A stretch of 64,000 nucleotides of DNA, from IMG/VR virus record IMGVR_UViG_3300025358_000002, positions 42,866 through 106,865 of that record; one strand, written 5' to 3'. The number at the start of each line of letters is the position of its first letter. Position 1 is the first letter of the stretch. A program made the translations under genes and the position numbers. Positions 58,619 to 64,000 of this stretch are shown piece after piece. Source of the DNA: a virus (Duplodnaviria; Caudoviricetes). The notes beneath the pieces were generated by a model. It saw only the letters and a list, made by a program, of their open reading frames with translations. It did not search any database and was not told the origin of the DNA.

Positions 58619-59025
58619 ACTGGTCTATTAGATATGCTAAAGATGATGCAAAGAAACGCATTATGAATCAATTAAAGCAGAAGTACCCAGGTAAGAGAGT
58701 AATTGATGACGCGGGAAGTTATTTTGCTTTGCTAGAAGAAGCTAGTGATCACCCTGAGTATGACCTCGCCATCCAGGTTGTCATTGCACCTACCCCTAAG
58801 CACAAGCACAAGCACACTACCCACGTGTATCGATCAATTGATACTCCATTTAATCTATTCGTAGATAAAGATTCTATACGTGTAAACCCAGGTGAATCAT
58901 ATACTGTTAAACCAGATACAGTACACTGGTTGTCTAACGACCCAGGTACAGAGTGCTGGTTGGAAGTGATGTCAAGCCCGGGCATTCCTGATAAGAACCC
59001 AGACGTTGTTAAGGTTAAGCAATGA
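58612..59025 (+). CDS. cupin-domain protein with NWSIRYA tag
   Basis: HKHKHTTHVY...PGESYTVKPDTVHWLSN. Confidence 0.75.
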   Translation: MVNWSIRYAKDDAKKRIMNQLKQKYPGKRVIDDAGSYFALLEEASDHPEYDLAIQVVIAPTPKHKHKHTTHVYRSIDTPFNLFVDKDSIRVNPGESYTVKPDTVHWLSNDPGTECWLEVMSSPGIPDKNPDVVKVKQ

Positions 59026-59810
59026 ACTGGTCATTACGTTACGCTATTGCTCAATATAACTATCAAGGTAGCCCAACGTTAGATGATGGTAAAACTTACG
59101 AAAATATAAAAAATAAAACAAAAAAGTTTTACGACGAAGGTGGCAGTGTAGATATCCACCACTTTGACCTATCTAAAGGTAAGTTTCCTAAAAATTACGA
59201 AATGGCTGATCATTTTTTACAACAATCAATTAGGTTAAAAAATATTGCGCAGCAAGCAACTGATCCTGTTAAATTCCGTGCAGCCCAAGAGACAAGTTAC
59301 TATGCAGAAAACATTAGTAGATTCTATAGAACAGGTAGATTTCCTAATGCTTATACAAAAAACGCACGAGACAATAAAATGAGCAGTGTATTCGCATTTT
59401 CTCGTGATTCAGATGGTAATATAACCGCAGCATCTTCTGGTCAAGTGCACCCAGGAGATGAAAACAGTGGCAGATTATACGTTACAAACGGCACTGCGTC
59501 GTCTGTTCCAGGTCACGCTACGGTAGTACAACATGCTATTTTGCACCATGTTGTTGGTGAGCACACTCCTGTATTTTCTCAAGTTTTTAACCCAACAGTA
59601 AACTATGAAGATATAAACATGAGAATAAAGCCATGGGATGAAGAAGATCAAAAGCAACAGGACAATGCTATTAAGTATCACAAAGGTCTTGGCAGGCGTT
59701 TAGAGTATGAGCCAAGTGGCAATATTACATCAAACTGGTTAGGCAATGATGTTACTAGGTTGATTAGAAACACTAGACTTAGAACAAAAGTAAAACATAT
59801 TCAGAATTAA
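59022..59810 (+). CDS. protein with NWSLRYA tag and GNAT-like C-terminal domain
   Basis: DGNITAAS...LYV...PGHAT...NAIKYHKGLG resembles GNAT motifs A/B (divergent). Confidence 0.5.
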   Translation: MNWSLRYAIAQYNYQGSPTLDDGKTYENIKNKTKKFYDEGGSVDIHHFDLSKGKFPKNYEMADHFLQQSIRLKNIAQQATDPVKFRAAQETSYYAENISRFYRTGRFPNAYTKNARDNKMSSVFAFSRDSDGNITAASSGQVHPGDENSGRLYVTNGTASSVPGHATVVQHAILHHVVGEHTPVFSQVFNPTVNYEDINMRIKPWDEEDQKQQDNAIKYHKGLGRRLEYEPSGNITSNWLGNDVTRLIRNTRLRTKVKHIQN

Positions 59811-60001
59811 TCTAACAATGCATGCACTGTGATGCACCAGTACTGCTTACCATTTAATGCTTCCCATAATGCATGAGTCTCGTGCTTGTTCCACTCCGCT
59901 TCAGGGATTGCCTTCTGAGCCCCCTCAAGCGTCTTGTATAGCCCGGAAATCTCCATGTTATCATAACCTGCGTCATATTGTAATGCGTATACTAACGTCA
60001 T
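59807..60001 (-). CDS. hypothetical protein
   Basis: 64 aa; G.Y.TLE.A pattern shared with 62004-62213. Confidence 0.55.
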   Translation of the reverse strand: MTLVYALQYDAGYDNMEISGLYKTLEGAQKAIPEAEWNKHETHALWEALNGKQYWCITVHALLD

Positions 60002-60294
60002 AGATTGAACAGCTCCTTAGCTGCCCATTCTAACCGTTCTTGTGGTGTCATGCCACCCCACCAACCTTCTTCTTGGTTGCGTACTGCTTCGTAACGGCAA
60101 GTATCTACCACAGGACAACCTTCACAGATCTGAACTAGCTTAAACCGCTTGCTGTCTGTGAGCTTGAGCGCAGGATAGATGAACTGATTGGTATCTTCAC
60201 CATAGCAGTTCCCGTCGTAGACCCATTCGTTACCCTTGTTATTGGGCAACGTCTGGGCCAACTCCTTTACTCGCCACACTAGTGACTTACTCAT
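59998..60294 (-). CDS. whiB: WhiB-family protein
   Basis: W...C...F...ICEGCPVVDTC...GWWGGMT..ER. Confidence 0.85.
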   Translation of the reverse strand: MSKSLVWRVKELAQTLPNNKGNEWVYDGNCYGEDTNQFIYPALKLTDSKRFKLVQICEGCPVVDTCRYEAVRNQEEGWWGGMTPQERLEWAAKELFNL

Positions 60295-60297
60295 TTA

Positions 60298-60984
60298 CTA
60301 CCTTTCTATTTTAGGTTGATTGAGATCCGCGTTAGCGGCAGAATCCATACCAGCTTGATACCCTGACACAGAGCTTAGCTTACGCTTTGATGATGCATTG
60401 CGTACTGTCTCCTGCCAGAACTTCTCGATGGCATGTTGCTTATCACGCAGCACAAGTGCCAATGAAGTACCTGCGCTATCTACCTCGTTGATGGTAGCTT
60501 CTTTAGCCTGCTCAATCCGTTCACGAATGCTAACGGCATAACCGGCGAAGAAGCTTTTAGCCCACCCGCGAGAATCAATGCGCTTATCAGAGGATTTTTT
60601 GAGCTGCTCGAGCTTAGTACGCATCTCCGTTACCATATGCAACGATAACATGTCATAGAGAGCGATACAAAGATCGATGTCGCTTTCGTATCCATAGACT
60701 AGGCAATAGTCATCTCCACGCAACACCTTACAGAAGTTAGGCAGTGCGATAGAGTTGAGCAATACTGATTTGTCAATGGCGTACGGGTTAGGAGTAGATA
60801 CAGTCTTAGAACTGATATCTTCATCCTTAACACGACCATGCAACTTAGCGTCCTCTAACTGATACTTAGTAATCAGCTTTTGCGCCATCTGCTGCGCTGC
60901 TGCAACCTCACCGGGCTTGTCACTGTTACCTACTACACGCAACAGCTTTTGCACCCGTTCGATTACATCAGTGAGTTTGCTCAT
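60298..60984 (-). CDS. DUF2786 domain protein
   Basis: ERVQKLL...EVAAAQQMAQKLITKY; SFFAGY; GYQAG...ADL. Confidence 0.8.
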   Translation of the reverse strand: MSKLTDVIERVQKLLRVVGNSDKPGEVAAAQQMAQKLITKYQLEDAKLHGRVKDEDISSKTVSTPNPYAIDKSVLLNSIALPNFCKVLRGDDYCLVYGYESDIDLCIALYDMLSLHMVTEMRTKLEQLKKSSDKRIDSRGWAKSFFAGYAVSIRERIEQAKEATINEVDSAGTSLALVLRDKQHAIEKFWQETVRNASSKRKLSSVSGYQAGMDSAANADLNQPKIER

Positions 60985-61017
60985 TTCTTTCCTTTCTTTG
61001 AGTTAATCATACCACAC

Positions 61018-61272
61018 TTACTCTCCTTCCTCTACTACAGCTTTGAGATAGGTGAACAGGCGGTGGTACACCTGCATCTGTTCTTCCATAGCTTTGATGG
61101 CGTTGCGGAAGACCTCGAGCACTTGTTCGTACTCCATGATGTCGGTGGTTCCCTTAAGCTCATCATATATCTTGAAGCCGACCAGCAAACGATCTAGCTT
61201 AAAGCCTATGTGAGCCATTTCACTTACTACATTGGTAAGTAGTCGAAGTTTCTCTTCACTACTGATTGGCAT
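61018..61272 (-). CDS. hypothetical protein
   Basis: 84 aa helical. Confidence 0.55.
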   Translation of the reverse strand: MPISSEEKLRLLTNVVSEMAHIGFKLDRLLVGFKIYDELKGTTDIMEYEQVLEVFRNAIKAMEEQMQVYHRLFTYLKAVVEEGE

Positions 61273-61292
61273 ATAACCACCTTACTTGTTGC

Positions 61293-61544
61293 TTATTTTT
61301 TGCTTTTTATGTTTACTGCTTGACGTTTCCACCTTTCTGACCTACGTTCTTTTGGGGAAAGACCACCAAAGATACCGTGTTTGCTGTCCGTTTCAATGGC
61401 AAAGTTCAAGCATGGCTGAATAACAGGGCAGTTCTTACACACAGCTTTAGCGTTCTTAATCATCTGACGAGTATTAGGACCGCGATCTGCGAAAAACATA
61501 TCCGTATCCATTCCTTTACAACTGGCCTGTTCAAACCAATCCAT
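61293..61544 (-). CDS. whiB: WhiB-family protein (canonical)
   Basis: WFEQASC...FF...AKAVCKNCPV..PCL..A...GIFGGLS..ER. Confidence 0.92.
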   Translation of the reverse strand: MDWFEQASCKGMDTDMFFADRGPNTRQMIKNAKAVCKNCPVIQPCLNFAIETDSKHGIFGGLSPKERRSERWKRQAVNIKSKK

Positions 61545-61964
61545 TTATATTCCTTGCTTAGATGCGCGACGCGCTTTTGTTTTATCCCGATTACATTGAA
61601 TACAGTAACGGGCTTTTCTTACTTTACCCCACACTCTACCATAAATCTTGTAGTTGTGACCCCGAGGACAGTGAGTTTTTGCGGCAGCGGCGCGGAGATT
61701 GTTCTCTCTCACCGTTACAGCCTCTAGGTGCTCAGGGTTAACACATAGTATATTCCTGCATAGATGATCGATATGAAGACCTACAGGGATCTCACCCCTA
61801 AATAGGATATAAGAAGCCCTATGAGCCCTATATAGCTTACCACCCATACGAAATACACCATAGCCATCCGCACCTATAGCAGCAGTCCATTCCCAACACA
61901 TAGAACTATTAACATTGTACTTAGCATTGAAGCGATCTATAGAGTTGTGTGCCTGTTGGTTCAT
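61545..61964 (-). CDS. HNH homing endonuclease
   Basis: CWEW...GYG...AHR...DHLCRN..CVNPEHL...EN; THCPRGH. Confidence 0.9.
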   Translation of the reverse strand: MNQQAHNSIDRFNAKYNVNSSMCWEWTAAIGADGYGVFRMGGKLYRAHRASYILFRGEIPVGLHIDHLCRNILCVNPEHLEAVTVRENNLRAAAAKTHCPRGHNYKIYGRVWGKVRKARYCIQCNRDKTKARRASKQGI

Positions 61965-61970
61965 GGTTGA

Positions 61971-61999
61971 ACGCTACCACAAGCATAGGGAGATGTCAA
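61971..61999 (-). promoter_or_regulatory. SigA-type promoter, leaderless HNH transcript
   Basis: TTGACA-17nt-TAGCGT with TG extension, ATG 6 nt downstream. Confidence 0.7.
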
Positions 62000-62003
62000 G
62001 ACT

Positions 62004-62213
62004 TTAGTCTTGAGCTTCTACGTATTTTTCGATGAAGTAGACGATGTCTCCCTCATCTGCTTCCCACTGTTGGTTGCCCATGGGGTACTGCTGTTTTTGC
62101 CATTCCACATCTGGAACTGCGGCCATGGCTTCTTCGAGCGTGTCGAAGTTGCCAATGAGCTCGCTCTCCCAGGTGATCTGGTCTTCGCTTGTTACTTCAT
62201 ATTGTGTTGTCAT
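62004..62213 (-). CDS. hypothetical protein
   Basis: GGAGG RBS, 69 aa. Confidence 0.6.
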   Translation of the reverse strand: MTTQYEVTSEDQITWESELIGNFDTLEEAMAAVPDVEWQKQQYPMGNQQWEADEGDIVYFIEKYVEAQD

Positions 62214-62419
62214 TATACCTCCTCTCCTTTCTCTATTGTGAACTCTTCATCTGTCAGGAATGCGTAGATGCGCTTGAGATTGTGGATAGCGTGTTCTAAA
62301 CTACCGTTCATCTCTGCATCTTTGATAGCCCATTTAGTTAAGCTAATTGCTGCTTCTAGTGTTTCTGGATCCATTAGTATCCCTCTAAGTCGTCGATTAC
62401 TTCGTTGAGCTGGTCGCAT
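62213..62419 (-). CDS. hypothetical protein
   Basis: 68 aa; start uncertain. Confidence 0.45.
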   Translation of the reverse strand: MRPAQRSNRRLRGILMDPETLEAAISLTKWAIKDAEMNGSLEHAIHNLKRIYAFLTDEEFTIEKGEEV

Positions 62420-62498
62420 CGATCTAGCAACTTCTCAATTACTAGCATAGCTTCGACCATATTGGTTGGTGGCTTTAGACCGTAGTCTGATAACTGCA

Positions 62499-62732
62499 TT
62501 ATTCTTTCTCCTTGTTTCCGGTCACACTGTACCCTTTCTCGATGACGAACCAGTCGTCATTCCATCCGTCGACCCAGTCCGGACTTGATTCGTCTGGCTC
62601 AGGGTAGTTGGCGTACAGCCAGTCCCACCCTTCCTCGAACGAATCGAACTCGATACCATCGAACAGGATGTTGTTCATCCAGTCACGGATAATGAACTTC
62701 TTCCGTGGCTTTTTTCTTACTGCCGTTGCCAT
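62499..62732 (-). CDS. hypothetical protein
   Basis: GGAG RBS; I.DW.NN...FDSFEEGWDWL. Confidence 0.65.
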   Translation of the reverse strand: MATAVRKKPRKKFIIRDWMNNILFDGIEFDSFEEGWDWLYANYPEPDESSPDWVDGWNDDWFVIEKGYSVTGNKEKE

Positions 62733-62905
62733 TACTCCTCCTCAATAAAGTTGGTTAGTGGTACGCCTGCAAAGTCCTGCATTGCTTCGTCCATGCCACA
62801 GGGCGAGCAGATGCGAGTCTTGTTGTCTAGCCTAGACAGAGCTGGGAACCCTGTGTAGATTTGCTTACAACGCGGGCAGTTCTTTGGTTCATTTGGGTTG
62901 TCCAT
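62732..62905 (-). CDS. small Zn-finger protein (57 aa, not in ORF track)
   Basis: CPRC...PALSR.DN...ICSPCG..EA; AAGGA RBS. Confidence 0.65.
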   Translation of the reverse strand: MDNPNEPKNCPRCKQIYTGFPALSRLDNKTRICSPCGMDEAMQDFAGVPLTNFIEEE

Positions 62906-62918
62906 TGTTTTTCCTTAC

Positions 62919-63311
62919 TTAGTTTGAGTGCTCAGCGATGAACAGCTCGTATGCCATTGGTTCTGTTGTGTACTGCCATGGTACGTTATCGATACCATCT
63001 TCTGGTTCCCAGTCATCATAGTTGAGTTCACGAACAGCGACAGTCCTGTTGTCGTAATTAATTTCCACGACACGCCAGACATCACCGTGCTCACCGAACC
63101 CGATGCCGTATCCAGTTTCTCCCAACACATCACCCTGAATCATCTCTGAGAAGATGATGCGGTTGAGGTACTCGTCGTCTGTCCAACGACCACGACCACG
63201 CGCTAACGCATTGGCCACAGTCTCAGGCAGCGACTCAGCACCCCAGTGTGTGTACAGGTACAGGTCAGGATTTCCCTGAGCTGTAATCTTTACTTGTCCA
63301 CGGTCTCCCAT
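62919..63311 (-). CDS. hypothetical phage protein
   Basis: AAGGAG RBS; MGDR...YLYTHWG...RWTD.EYL.RIIF. Confidence 0.7.
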   Translation of the reverse strand: MGDRGQVKITAQGNPDLYLYTHWGAESLPETVANALARGRGRWTDDEYLNRIIFSEMIQGDVLGETGYGIGFGEHGDVWRVVEINYDNRTVAVRELNYDDWEPEDGIDNVPWQYTTEPMAYELFIAEHSN

Positions 63312-63351
63312 GTTATTGCTCCTTACTTGTTTTGTGTTTCCCTACTTGGGA

Positions 63352-63401
63352 GTACCCCATAGTGGAATCGAACCACTATACATCACCACCAGGCTGGGGT
63401 C
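63352..63401 (-). other. tRNA-like minimal element (acceptor-like stem + T-arm)
   Basis: ACCCCA/TGGGGT stem stacked on TAGTGG-TTCGATT-CCACTA; no anticodon arm. Confidence 0.55.
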
Positions 63402-63414
63402 GAAGACAGAGCCG

Positions 63415-63975
63415 CTAACCCTTCGGCTCTTCTTCATCTTGCTCAGTAGAGCTAGGACAATCATCAAAGATAGCCTCACCTCTTCCTAAGCAATAGCATT
63501 CTCTCCCGCGATCTTCATAATCTGCGTGAGAGTTAGGAATATCCCATTCACTTGTTATATATGCTCTACCATCACCACCATACCATTCTCCACCCCATCC
63601 TTGTTCTTCTTCAAAGCACCAGGTGAATGTAGCACTTAGACCTGCTTCTTTTATACGTCGAGCAAGACCATAGATGATATGCTCAGGTGGAGACCATGCT
63701 GTATTAAAGTTATAGTCTAGAAAATACATATCGCTTTCTTCATCTAAGTTAGTTGATATTTCTTCATCAGCAGGTTCCCACTTAGAACCCCAGTTGCGAA
63801 TGTTCCAATCGTACCAATGATTGCTAGCAAACTTAAGAGATTCTTCTAAGCTAGTTGACATAGTTTGAGGACCATCGTATTCATCCCATATGCTAGATGA
63901 AGGAGTGATGATGGAATGGAAGTTGAACACTTGCATTTTTATCTCGCCCTTATTTAGCTGGTAAGGGCGCAACAC
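63415..63975 (-). CDS. DUF1281/YubB ferredoxin-like domain protein
   Basis: WYDWNIRNWGSKW...FNTAWSPP...EE; true start may lie beyond the window. Confidence 0.75.
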   Translation of the reverse strand: MLRPYQLNKGEIKMQVFNFHSIITPSSSIWDEYDGPQTMSTSLEESLKFASNHWYDWNIRNWGSKWEPADEEISTNLDEESDMYFLDYNFNTAWSPPEHIIYGLARRIKEAGLSATFTWCFEEEQGWGGEWYGGDGRAYITSEWDIPNSHADYEDRGRECYCLGRGEAIFDDCPSSTEQDEEEPKG

Positions 63976-64000
63976 AGATAGTTCGTGCCGAATAATTTCC

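Noticed and set aside
215-59681. Many minus-strand and alternate-frame ORFs in the track overlapping long plus-strand genes
   Set aside because: Shadow ORFs with no RBS or recognisable motifs; ORFs overlapping tRNAs (24094, 24536, 24962, 25023) are likewise artefacts
1-64000. Prophage/integration features
   Set aside because: No integrase, att site or host-like flanking genes in the window; capsid and portal genes also lie outside it

Overview
A 64-kb slice of a large myovirus-type bacteriophage genome. The host is very probably an actinobacterium, given three WhiB genes, DUF2516- and MSMEG_6728-like genes and leaderless SigA-type promoters. The layout recalls Bxz1/E3-like actinophages (inferred, not searched). 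Plus strand, in order: end of tail sheath, tail tube, frameshifted tail-assembly chaperone, tape measure, baseplate/tail genes (1-16.9 kb); SNF2 helicase and WhiB; a six-gene glycosylation cassette (19.3-23.9 kb); three tRNAs (Thr-UGU, Arg-UCU, Val-UAC); a proteasome-beta/HslV-like protease; a replication/recombination module (5'-3' exonuclease, DnaC, DnaB, primase, SSB, DnaE, RecA, resolvases, Cas4-like nuclease); a sigma-region-4 protein; then a 13-kb block around the terminase large subunit. From 59.8 kb the genes switch to the minus strand (early-type small genes). Best candidates for something new: (1) many unrelated proteins around the terminase (DEDDh nuclease, WYL, cupin, GNAT-like, Zn-repeat proteins) share a short [W/F]-x-x-R-[Y/F]-A tag at their N-termini and at internal domain junctions, suggesting a modular capsid-loading/maturation signal for an injected payload; (2) strong Ser-Gly enrichment in virion proteins next to the glycosyltransferase cassette, suggesting sequon-directed virion glycosylation; (3) several structured RNAs (a 31-bp hairpin with an anti-Shine-Dalgarno-like loop, a compact pseudoknot, a tRNA-elbow mimic) together with an Sm/Hfq-like protein. 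All functional calls come from motif recognition by eye; no database searches were run.
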